64,000 nucleotides of DNA from Oopsacas minuta (Eukaryota > Animalia > Porifera), in contig JAKMXF010000354.1 in NCBI GenBank assembly GCA_024704765.1, forward strand, positions 171,690-235,689, read 5' to 3'. Shown in pieces: positions 19,208 through 28,904 of the stretch. The position numbers and the translations under genes are program-made. The notes beneath the pieces were generated by a model. It was not told the DNA's origin. It did not search any database and was given only the letters and a program-made list of their open reading frames with translations. How positions within the stretch are numbered: the stretch's first letter is position 1; each line of letters starts with the position of its first letter.

Positions 19208-22200
19208 TTGTTTTTATATGAATTTTATTTGTTTCTACAGAATCGACTATGTGTGATTTATCTTATTCTTCTTGTTTTCTATTTCTGCTTCATATCAACT
19301 AAATGCGGAGTGGTTATAGTCACTGCTATAACAAATGACAGCAGCATTTCATTTGAGAATCCACAGCTTGTGATCGGACTCCAATTCGATACAGCTGTAC
19401 CTGGGCCATTGCTTAACTTAGAAGGCTTTGTCCTCTCCAATTCCCCAGCGTTTGATACCAGTTGTACATTTTCCTATCTAAATTTAACCATAGAAGGACA
19501 GGTTAGTTCTGATCTGCAAAATCTAACCTTATCTCTTGATAACAGTACTGCTATCATCACTGAGAGGAGTACTGGGGGCACGGTTTGTCTCCAAAGCCCA
19601 GCTTCATCTTTCCTTCAAGTACCTGATTCTGAAGGTGGTATTGCCTTAACTTCAACTTTCGCTTCATTACGTGTAATAGAAAATACTACTCCACCATCTA
19701 TATCAAATGTTATTGTAGATCTTATCCTCGGGAATATATCAATTATGTTTGATGAATTTGTTGATTTGGAGACTCTCAATCCTTCTCTTCTTAGCCTATC
19801 CAGTTTTAGTTCAAATCCACTATCTTTTGTTGCATTCAATACTCTCACTAATTATAACAGTGCTACAGGCGTTGACACTGTATATGTAATTAGCTTAGAG
19901 GTGTTTGAGCTTGCGATTATTGGCAATGTTTGTGTTTCAAATTGTACATTATATATCGGTATTGGTTCTTTAGTGAGTGATCTTGCAGGAAATTCTTTGA
20001 CATTTCAGATTGAGACTATGCAATCCACTACCTTCTATAGTTATTCTCCATTCCAATTTCGTCCTTCTTTTTCTTTGCAGAATATCAATCCTACCACTGT
20101 CAATGTGATCATAGATTCTCCCTTATCCCAATATGGTGTTGTAAACTACGGTGTGTATATATTTCCTCTATCTGCTACTTTTTATCATGGAAATTGCCAG
20201 TATCCATCCGCTTATGAATTCCAGAAAAATTCTACTACTACTAGATGGAACAGTGATCCACCTGGATACCAACCTTGTATTAATGGTACCGATTACATGT
20301 GTTATTCTACACCTGAGTTAACCTTAACTGTCGATCTGTTCCCTGGCTATTCTATGGTAATCAATGTAGTCGCTTTCTATACAGAGATTAATTTTACTTC
20401 AACTACTTTTTTATCACCAATACCCATCTATACTAATTCATTGGGTGTACACGTTTTCACAGAACCAACTCGTAGGAGACGCGGTAATGGTCTTCCCCCT
20501 GTTAATGGTAACCAAGTTTTAGTGATGTGGCAAGTTGACGCAAGTTTCTGTGAACAACACGAACTCACTTTGTACTATAAAGCCACATCCTCTGATAGTT
20601 ACAGCTATGTCAACTTGGATAGCGTAACTACGTGTGAACAAATGAACGTGTTACTTTATGCTACTTCAGGTTCTATAGAAATTATTCCTGTAGTTCGTAC
20701 AAACGCTTCACAAATTAACGTTCCTCAGGATAGCTGCATTTATGTAAATCTAATAAACATCGTAACGTTTGGCATTCCCGAATTCAGGGTAGACAGACCA
20801 GCGGTTAGCGATGTTTTTCAGATATCTGATGGAATTAGAATAAATTGGAATGATTTCACCCCAGCATCTGGTTTAATAGAATACTACAATATCTACATGT
20901 TTCCAGTTTATGCACTGAAATTCAATGGTGGATCTTGTAACAATATCAACTTTGGAACTGTTGCAAATAATTTCACTTTCTTACCAACAAAGTATATCGA
21001 ATATGGTATCAGTGCTCCTTCAGATGAATTTCCATTCACATGTCCTCCTCCCACAGGATTGTCTTTACCATACACTTGTAATTCAGTTTTGGGTGGTACC
21101 ACCTCTGTTATCACTCCTATTGATTATTCATTTGGCATCAGTATAATAGTAGAAGCAGTCATATCTGTGCCTACAAATATATTTGAAACTGTTAGAAGTT
21201 ATCCGTTTAACTACACAAGTTACACAATATCTGAAGGGATGAGTGTTGTTGGTTATCAGCAGTATACTTGGGATGCTCAGTTATGCCAATCACTAGATTC
21301 TTTCATATTTCTGCATCGATCGTATATTAGTAATAATAAAGAGTCAATTCAAGAGTTGAGACATTCACAAGTATTTCAATGCTCACTCTTAGTGGGAGTG
21401 GACTATGAAGTTCCTACAGACATCAGTTATTTCACGTCATACTCAAATTACGTATCAGAAGCAGCAACTATTGATGGAAATTATTGTCTTCTAAGCTATG
21501 AGTCACCGGAAACGTCGATAGCTACTGGTTTTGAAGAAGTACCAATTGTCGAATTATTCGATTTCAAATATTTAGATTACGACACAATATTAGTAACCTT
21601 TCAGATAACCGAGAATTTTACTTACCCAATCCAAATCTATACTATTCCAACTGCTATACGGAGTACGGAATATTTTGATGAGTCTATAGATGCGTGTTCA
21701 CCCGTTACTTCACCTCCTCTACCATTCTTTCTCAATTTTGTCTCAAATTCAACTTTGATTGATATGAATTCTCTTGAATGCGAAAACACTACTGAATACA
21801 CCTGTACCTCTGTACAAAGCATTATAAATATTCCTCTTAAACATATCTCAACATCAAATGAATTTGATATACGAGTAGTATTTCAAAACACTCAAAGGAC
21901 ATTCTCTCCTAACTTTAACGGTCCTTTTTATCCTCCGTTTAACTTTGATTTACTAAATATTCAGAGGAGGCTGTACACTAATACAACATTGTTCACAGCC
22001 AACAGTATTATGGTAGAATGGGATATAGAGTTCTACTGCTATCCCGAATCCTATATTAATCTTGTTTGGAATTCTAATAATCTTGTCTCTCCTGAAAGGA
22101 GGAAGAGAGGTAAATCTGTAATCATTCCCGAAATTACACTTCCTTGCAATGTTGGCTCTTATGTCATAAATGACCTTGGCTTTGAAACAATATATACAAT

Positions 22201-25200
22201 CTGTGGATATGTCTTTTTTAATTCAACAACTGAATCATTTTCAAGATCTTGTCCTACCCGTAAGATAATATTTTCAAATGCATTCCAAACATCCCCGTTA
22301 CTTGCCGGCATCAGAATATTGGATTTCTCAACTATAGAAGTTACATGGAACCCACTACAATTCATTGACTCGCCATACACTCTGCTTGCTTATCCATCAG
22401 CATATGGTTCATTTGATCAACCAATCACTAACTCTTTCAATACTTCTAACGTCACCCAAACAACTATTTTTCTACCCCCCTCTATAAATGATGATTACTT
22501 CGAATTGTGTCTTAATTCCAGTAAAAATCTTACTTGTTCTAAAGTAACTACTCTTGAAACCTCAGCTAATATATCAGTGATACCAGGATATTCATACGCG
22601 TTAGCCCTATATGTTGAAAGTCAGATTCAACCTCCATATTCCGTGTTAGGGAATGGGTATAACATTAGTAACGTACTCCTAAATCAAATTTCTGTATCAG
22701 GATTCAACGAGTTATACACCTACTTTTTCGATTCCCTACTTTGTACTTCTGGGGTAAGAACTGTCTATTTCTATGATTCTCAGTTTACGTCTGGGAGCCC
22801 CGTGTTTGATGTTGATATGTGTGCAAACGATTTCCAAGTTGATTTGAACAGTGACTTCGCCGGGCTACCTCAGCCCCGATTAGCGTTCTTATTTCAATTC
22901 ACTAATATAACCTACCCTTTAACAAACGTAATATCACCTCCAGATTTTGGGATAATTGTAGATCCACTACTTTCATTCCTCCCTATTACTGCCTCTCCCA
23001 TGATAATGAGTGTTACCCCACCTCCTGATTTGAGTTCTAATATTTATCAAGTGTCTTGGCCATCTGTTCCCGATATTCCTATCCCCCAAAAGTTCGTCAC
23101 ATATATCGTATTTGCATACCCAGAGAGTGATTTACTTTCCAAAGAATCTAATTTGTGTCCAACTAATCTCACAGAATTCCCACAAGGATTTCCTATTTAT
23201 TCAAAAGAGAGTGATCCATTGAATGACTACTGTCCAGCACCTATGCCAATAAGTGAATTCTACTTTTGTGGAGAGAACACTTCTATAGGTCTACAACTAC
23301 CTCTCCTGGCTCTCCTTAATTATGAAATTTCTGTAGTAGCTACTTACAGTGGTGGTCTTAAAACACACTCTTTTTATTACTCCTACTATATTGAAGCTCC
23401 TCAAAACCTCTCTTCTCTCAGTTTATCCCATCAAGTTACCCCTGCTTCTATCACAATAACTTGGAATACTGAAGTATCTTTCTGTAGCGACTCAAGATTA
23501 TTTTTCATCTTAGACTCTGCTTATATACCTAATTATGTTCCCTGCTCTTCTGGTAGCTACACGATTGATTCCCTACAACCACTTACTACCTACACTTTAG
23601 CTTATGTATTTTTCTTTGACCTCTCTGCTACGTTACTACCCGACATAATCAATTGTATTTCCAATTCCCCAGTTAACCTTGAGCCATTTCCGATGACAAC
23701 TTCATTCTGTACACCCATAAATCCTTGTGGATCAGTGGGTGTATGCTCAGAAGGTTTTCAAAACAGTTCTTATCATTGTGAGTGTAGTATTGGGTATGGA
23801 TTTGATGGTAACACTTGTTCAGACATAAACGAATGTTTAATGATGCCTAGTGCATGTACAAATGGAGCTTGTCTCAACAACCTGGGTAGCTTCACGTGTA
23901 CATGCTTTCAAGGTTATTTAGCTATATCGGAGACTCTCTGTACGGACATAGATGAATGTCAAATACAATCCACCTGTGTTAACGGTAATTGCACTAATCT
24001 CCTTTCTCCAGAAAACTTCATATGTGATTGTAATGCAGGGTTTGAAGGATTGAGCTGTACAATCCCAATTGGGACTCCAACCTGTCCTTCTATTAGCGAA
24101 GTAACTACTCTCAGCATTAATAACGTTACATTCCCTGTCACGGAATACGGAGTTATTTCTATCGTGCCTTGCTCCCAATTAGACACTACGTTGTTTGGTA
24201 ATATTACAAGACAATGTCTTGATACAGGTGAATGGGGACCAATTAACGTTGATAATTGTCAGAGAAACATATTCGTAGCAGCAGAAGAGCTAACAAGTGA
24301 AAGTGAGACTCGTATCTTGACTCCAATGGAGAGTGTCACACTCACAGAAACCTTAGTTACTGCTACACAGGAGAGTATGGGGATTCTGTTCCCAGGAGAA
24401 ATATCAGTTGCAGCTGTGGGGGTTAGTGCTATTACAGAATCGTTAGCTAATCTGAGTGGAGATGCACTGAGAGAGAATCTGGAGATGATTCAGACGAGCG
24501 TAGTAGAGATAACGTCTAATGTCCTTAGGATAGAGAACTCTGCTGCTTTTGATTCAACCACGCAATCAGAGGCACAGACATATGTAAACAATCTGGTAGA
24601 TGGAATTCAAAATCTCGGTATTCTAATCGGAAGCGTTGCGGAGGAGAATGCTACCATAGTGATAGAAATAGAACAACCAACTGTAGCACTAATCGTAACG
24701 TTAGAACGGGGCAGGGTAGAACCATTGGTACTAGGTTCTAATCTCTCCATGCCTGTTGGGGACAATACTTCTGCTGTGATGGCTGCTCAAACTTCTGTAG
24801 TAATTCCTGCTTCTATATTCCCATTGGATGAGACCATAGCTGTGAGTGTAGCTCTCTTCTCAACTATTCAAGAATTGGTTAGTGACGTATTTGTTAATGA
24901 TACCAGTGAGCCAGGGAGTAATCTGGTGGTGGAAGACATTCTGGCTAGTGCAATAACTAGCATCAATCTATTCACGAGAGATGGGGTTCGTATCACTGTG
25001 TTGACAGATGAAATATCTATAACATATGTTCTCAATTCAACTGAGATAGAAAGAAATTCAGGACCAGGAACACAAACACGAATAAGATGTGCATCTGCAC
25101 GCGTTTTGTCAGAAGGCTGGGGCTTCCAATATGTCACTCTGGCCAATAGTGATGACGTGCCTTCCGAACCTGCTATATGTGTCGCCACACATTTGACACA

Positions 25201-26284
25201 TTTCGGTGTTCTGGTATCAGTGACGACAATACCACTGACAGATGCAGCACGGTTAGCATTAGAGATTTTAACTTATCTGACCTGTGGGATTTCTATCATA
25301 TTTCTCTTGTTATCAATAGCAGCCTATCTACTTTTGTGGTGGAAAACACGTAAGCAAAAACTAAACCTATTCCAAAAAGATGCAACAATCCTACATCTCA
25401 ATTTCGCTGTTTCACTGCTGCTCGCTCTGACATTCTTTCTCCTCTCAGACGCAGCTTATAGCAATGAGGGTGCTTGCAAAGCTTTTACAATTTTTCAGTA
25501 CTACTTCTGGCTTTCTGTTTTCACTTCTTCCCTATCCATAGGAATCTACCTCTTGATCAAGATATTCGCTTGGTCCAGTCAGCGACGCTTTTGGTTTTAC
25601 TTGGTACTACTCAGCTGGACTCTCCCCCTCCCTCTGATTATAATCACTCCAGCAGCAGCACGGGATAACCTCATAAACACGAGTGAAGGAGTTTGTTTCT
25701 TAAGCCAAGCACCTTCATACTCAAATCTAGCATTCATTGTACCTATGTTGGTAATCAGTATAACTAATCTAGTTATACTGATTATAACAGCAGTCGTTCT
25801 GTTCAGGATATCAAAGGGAAACAAGAGCATCTTACAACAGATAAGAGGAGTTCTGATAGCTTCTTTCATTCTAGCACCAATCCTTAGTCTACCCTGGCTA
25901 TTCTCTATAGTAGCTACAGGCACAGCTGTTATTGTATTTATATTCACAATCCTCCTAGGACTACAAGGGACTTTATTTGCGTTACTTTATCCATTGAGAA
26001 CTCCAGAGATATATAATTATGTATTGAAGTGTAGGGACCCAAATGCCAGTACAATGTTTGCTCAGACAAGTTCAACTCATCCCTCACAGCCAGCTCCCAC
26101 TACTATTAAGTTCAAAATAAAGCGTGGTGAACGTGGTACAACCGGTACCGCTTCAACTTCTCTACCAGTTTCAAAGCAACCTGAATATGAATTAGGAGAG
26201 ATCACAAACCCTGATAATGAAGGTCATGCGAATGATCAATATGAATACAGTGCTACTGATCCATTGAAGAAATCCTCTGATTAG
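19208..26284 (+). CDS. Large adhesion GPCR: five ~248-aa FN3-like repeats, 3-4 EGF domains, HRM, GAIN/GPS, 7TM; the main exon probably starts at 19241
   Basis: EGF/cbEGF motifs (CSDINEC, CTDIDEC) at ~23710-24060; HRM-like GNITRQCLDTGEWGPINVDNC; GPS CVATHL|THFGVLV at ~25178-25215; secretin-family TM segments (LEILTYLTCGISIIFLLLSI, LHLNFAVSLLLA, YFWLSVFTSSL, LSWTLPLPLIII, LLGLQGTLFALLY). The TTG start at 19208 lies just upstream of acceptor tttctacag at 19240. Confidence 0.92.
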   Translation: MFLYEFYLFLQNRLCVIYLILLVFYFCFISTKCGVVIVTAITNDSSISFENPQLVIGLQFDTAVPGPLLNLEGFVLSNSPAFDTSCTFSYLNLTIEGQVSSDLQNLTLSLDNSTAIITERSTGGTVCLQSPASSFLQVPDSEGGIALTSTFASLRVIENTTPPSISNVIVDLILGNISIMFDEFVDLETLNPSLLSLSSFSSNPLSFVAFNTLTNYNSATGVDTVYVISLEVFELAIIGNVCVSNCTLYIGIGSLVSDLAGNSLTFQIETMQSTTFYSYSPFQFRPSFSLQNINPTTVNVIIDSPLSQYGVVNYGVYIFPLSATFYHGNCQYPSAYEFQKNSTTTRWNSDPPGYQPCINGTDYMCYSTPELTLTVDLFPGYSMVINVVAFYTEINFTSTTFLSPIPIYTNSLGVHVFTEPTRRRRGNGLPPVNGNQVLVMWQVDASFCEQHELTLYYKATSSDSYSYVNLDSVTTCEQMNVLLYATSGSIEIIPVVRTNASQINVPQDSCIYVNLINIVTFGIPEFRVDRPAVSDVFQISDGIRINWNDFTPASGLIEYYNIYMFPVYALKFNGGSCNNINFGTVANNFTFLPTKYIEYGISAPSDEFPFTCPPPTGLSLPYTCNSVLGGTTSVITPIDYSFGISIIVEAVISVPTNIFETVRSYPFNYTSYTISEGMSVVGYQQYTWDAQLCQSLDSFIFLHRSYISNNKESIQELRHSQVFQCSLLVGVDYEVPTDISYFTSYSNYVSEAATIDGNYCLLSYESPETSIATGFEEVPIVELFDFKYLDYDTILVTFQITENFTYPIQIYTIPTAIRSTEYFDESIDACSPVTSPPLPFFLNFVSNSTLIDMNSLECENTTEYTCTSVQSIINIPLKHISTSNEFDIRVVFQNTQRTFSPNFNGPFYPPFNFDLLNIQRRLYTNTTLFTANSIMVEWDIEFYCYPESYINLVWNSNNLVSPERRKRGKSVIIPEITLPCNVGSYVINDLGFETIYTICGYVFFNSTTESFSRSCPTRKIIFSNAFQTSPLLAGIRILDFSTIEVTWNPLQFIDSPYTLLAYPSAYGSFDQPITNSFNTSNVTQTTIFLPPSINDDYFELCLNSSKNLTCSKVTTLETSANISVIPGYSYALALYVESQIQPPYSVLGNGYNISNVLLNQISVSGFNELYTYFFDSLLCTSGVRTVYFYDSQFTSGSPVFDVDMCANDFQVDLNSDFAGLPQPRLAFLFQFTNITYPLTNVISPPDFGIIVDPLLSFLPITASPMIMSVTPPPDLSSNIYQVSWPSVPDIPIPQKFVTYIVFAYPESDLLSKESNLCPTNLTEFPQGFPIYSKESDPLNDYCPAPMPISEFYFCGENTSIGLQLPLLALLNYEISVVATYSGGLKTHSFYYSYYIEAPQNLSSLSLSHQVTPASITITWNTEVSFCSDSRLFFILDSAYIPNYVPCSSGSYTIDSLQPLTTYTLAYVFFFDLSATLLPDIINCISNSPVNLEPFPMTTSFCTPINPCGSVGVCSEGFQNSSYHCECSIGYGFDGNTCSDINECLMMPSACTNGACLNNLGSFTCTCFQGYLAISETLCTDIDECQIQSTCVNGNCTNLLSPENFICDCNAGFEGLSCTIPIGTPTCPSISEVTTLSINNVTFPVTEYGVISIVPCSQLDTTLFGNITRQCLDTGEWGPINVDNCQRNIFVAAEELTSESETRILTPMESVTLTETLVTATQESMGILFPGEISVAAVGVSAITESLANLSGDALRENLEMIQTSVVEITSNVLRIENSAAFDSTTQSEAQTYVNNLVDGIQNLGILIGSVAEENATIVIEIEQPTVALIVTLERGRVEPLVLGSNLSMPVGDNTSAVMAAQTSVVIPASIFPLDETIAVSVALFSTIQELVSDVFVNDTSEPGSNLVVEDILASAITSINLFTRDGVRITVLTDEISITYVLNSTEIERNSGPGTQTRIRCASARVLSEGWGFQYVTLANSDDVPSEPAICVATHLTHFGVLVSVTTIPLTDAARLALEILTYLTCGISIIFLLLSIAAYLLLWWKTRKQKLNLFQKDATILHLNFAVSLLLALTFFLLSDAAYSNEGACKAFTIFQYYFWLSVFTSSLSIGIYLLIKIFAWSSQRRFWFYLVLLSWTLPLPLIIITPAAARDNLINTSEGVCFLSQAPSYSNLAFIVPMLVISITNLVILIITAVVLFRISKGNKSILQQIRGVLIASFILAPILSLPWLFSIVATGTAVIVFIFTILLGLQGTLFALLYPLRTPEIYNYVLKCRDPNASTMFAQTSSTHPSQPAPTTIKFKIKRGERGTTGTASTSLPVSKQPEYELGEITNPDNEGHANDQYEYSATDPLKKSSD

Positions 26285-26397
26285 CAGCCTAATTCTAATT
26301 GTTAAGATGTATATATATATTGCAATCATTGTAAGGGATTTCAACTAGTGACTGTAAACATTATAATTTGTTAGAAATTGTTTTTAGTTATCGTGTA

Positions 26398-26447
26398 TCT
26401 ATATTATTAAATCTCAATTGTTGTCTGTTTGTCTGTTTGTTTGTCCG
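26398..26447 (+). mobile_element. Helitron-like non-autonomous element 5' end with a GTCT/GTTT microsatellite
   Basis: A|TCTATATTATTAAATCTCAATTGTTGTCTGTTTGTCTGTTTGTTTGTCCG matches the usual A-TC start plus T/G-rich microsatellite of non-autonomous Helitrons. The 3' end was not identified. Confidence 0.4.
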
Positions 26448-26599
26448 TTGTCAAGGAAAGGATTTATTGTGCCTCGAGGTATCCATATTCTCCAAATTGC
26501 CGGCCCCTTTGAGTATTATAATATAGATATATAGAACAATGTAATTCACAAATATACGTAAATGGTATTTATATTATTGAATTATTTTGTAAGGTTAAC

Positions 26600-27790
26600 T
26601 CCCTTTGAAGCCGTTGAGAACAAGTACCTACATAAATTTTGAGATTTTGTGAAATTATTTACTTAATATTCACAAAAACAACAATAAATTAACATATGAG
26701 AAACTTGAAAACGCGAAATTCGGATTCAGCTTACTGAGTTACCCCTGGATAGCCGTTTAGAACAAGCTTGAACGTATATTTTGGGATGTAGCGAATTTGT
26801 TTACATTATATGCATAAAAACAACAATAAATTTACAAATTAGAAACTTGAAAATGCGAAATTCTGGTTCAGCGTATTGTGTTGCCACTGGATAGCCGTTG
26901 AAATGCAACATTGTACGTGTGTTGTGAGATTTGGGGAATCTGTTGAGCATATTCTCATAAAAACAACAATAAATTTACATGTTAATCCGAAAGTGTGAAA
27001 ATTAGATTCAGCATATTCGGTATATTTAGTGAACTTATCAATGTATTAAAGTTTCCCGCAGTTTCGCACAGTTTCCCATAGTTTCCCGCAGTTTCGCACA
27101 GTTTCCCATAGTTTCCCGCAGTTTCGCACAGTTTCCCATAGTTTCCCGCAGTTTCGCACAGTTTCCCATAGTTTCCAGCAATTTCGCACAGTTTCGCACA
27201 GTTTCCCATAGTTTCCCGCAGTTTCGCACAGTTTCCCATAGTTTCCCGCAGTTTCGCACAGTTTCCCATAGTTTCCAGCAATTTCGCACAGTTTCGCACA
27301 GTTTCCCATAGTTTCCCGCAGTTTCGCACAGTTTCCCATAGTTTCCCGCAGTTTCGCACAGTTTCCCATAGTTTCCAGCAATTTCGCACAGTTTCCCATA
27401 GTTTCCAGCAATTTCGCACAGTTTCCCATAGTTTCCCGCAGTTTCGCACAGTTTCCAGCAGCTTCTGGCAATATATGATGAATGTCTGTTTACTTTGATA
27501 CATAAAGTAAATACATTTCAAAATTGTGGCAGCATCATGCTTTCAGAGGCTATACAAGTGTAATCGAGTGTACTGAGTCCAAATATGATATTGTAAATAC
27601 AATATTGTTATATTTGTTTACTTTTAGGAACATAATGTAAACAAATTTTAACATTGTGGTAGATTCATACTTTCAACGACTATCTGGGGTTTTCAAGTAT
27701 GCTGAGTCCGAATATGATATTGTAAATAACATATCGTGAATATTTGTTTACTTTTAGGGAAATATGTAATTATGTTTATTTTTGTTTATT
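26600..27790. mobile_element. Foldback-like element: tandem-repeat arms in inverted orientation around a minisatellite
   Basis: Left arm: ~142-143-bp units (aaaaacaacaataaatt at 26674, 26816, 26959). Right arm: ~129-bp units (ctgagtcc at 27573, 27702). 27632-27647 is the exact reverse complement of 26794-26809, and 27702-27713 matches 26718-26729 in reverse with 1 mismatch. Confidence 0.6.
27051..27460. repeat. Minisatellite of 41 exact 10-bp units (GTTTCCCGCA / GTTTCGCACA / GTTTCCCATA / GTTTCCAGCA / ATTTCGCACA), often in a 30-bp higher-order repeat
   Basis: Directly visible; the units stay in register with the 10-base blocks from 27051 to 27460. Confidence 0.98.
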
Positions 27791-27811
27791 CATCGCCCAA
27801 ATACATTTAAC

Positions 27812-28209
27812 TAAGGCATTAGTCGATCGTGTTAAACAAGATCGCGATCCCGATCTCGATCATTTTCGATCGTTTGTGAATATTCAAAGACGTGTATTTT
27901 TTATTGTTCCATTATTTCTTATACCAAAAGAAACATAGGTGGAGAATCAACGCATTATACGAACGAATATTACTGATTGTTGAACACAAATTTGGAACAA
28001 TTACCTAAGTATACATAACGCTAATGATAGTAGCATATTCAAAGTATACAAAAATGATCGAATAAATGATTCAAATTTTTGTACAAAAATGGATCGCGAT
28101 CTTACATCCGATCCTTAATAAAACAATGATCGCCGATCGTCGCCAGATCGTCAAAAAAGTATCGCGATCGTGATCGAGCGATCAATGATCGTACGATCCT
28201 CATGCCCTA
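27812..28209. mobile_element. hAT-type MITE with GATC-dense subterminal regions
   Basis: Ends TAAGGCAT (27812) and ATGCCCTA (28202-28209) form a TIR with 1 mismatch. Flanks catttaac / aatttaac are a 7/8-matching 8-bp target duplication. A second left end starts at 62627. Confidence 0.75.
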
Positions 28210-28904
28210 AATTTAACCACTACACGAAAGGGATTAATTGTACATGATTGTCTTTTGCATTATGAGCTTGGTGATTTCAATTTTTTTCCTTAATCATGTT
28301 TCATTGTTTTAGTAACCTTTTAATCTGAAACTCTTTCATTCTCTATTGCTTTTTGATCTGAAATTCATTCAAATTTCTTTGCGTCCCTTTAACCTGTTCT
28401 GAAGAGGTTACCTCTATAGAGAGTTCAATTGTGCGAATTGTTGATAAGCGAACTCTAATAATGTATAAAGAATTATTGCATTTTGTAACGTCTGAGCGAC
28501 CTGAAAAGGCGTACTAACCGAATTTCATTGATTATTACTACATGTGAGTAGTTCTCAAACATTTTTTCAGTCACGGATCCGCTTTGGCCAATTTTATGAG
28601 GTCCGGACCCCAGGTCTGGGACTGGGGTTTCGGACCCTCTAGGGTCGTGAACTCCAGCTTGAGAAATACTGCTATATGTAATCAAGAGCAACCATTGTAG
28701 TAAAAATACAATATCATATTAGCAATTCAACAATCCACCACAGGTTAATACAAATATTTACAATTCCGAATATATATATTTACAATTTATTAGGCTTACA
28801 AGAAACCTTAGGAGCGTGCCTCAGGGAATTCTAATATATGTACAGTATACACCATTAATTCAAATATTGTATATTTTTCATTAGATATTAGCTGATTTAC
28901 TGAT

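Noticed and set aside
19094-19240. Candidate micro first exon for the GPCR (ATG GAT TGG | gtctgc, giving MDW-NRLCVIYLILLV... as a signal peptide)
   Set aside because: Phase-compatible and plausible, but the donor is weak and unverified; not reported as a feature. RNA reads are needed.
27051-27460. Regular repeat array as a possible CRISPR array
   Set aside because: No unique spacers, unit only 10 bp, no cas genes, eukaryotic context.
26982-27521. Three overlapping minus-strand ORFs with MGNCAKLRET / ETVRNCGKLW repeats
   Set aside because: They are translations of the 10-bp minisatellite; several frames are open only because the unit lacks stop codons. No unique coding flanks.
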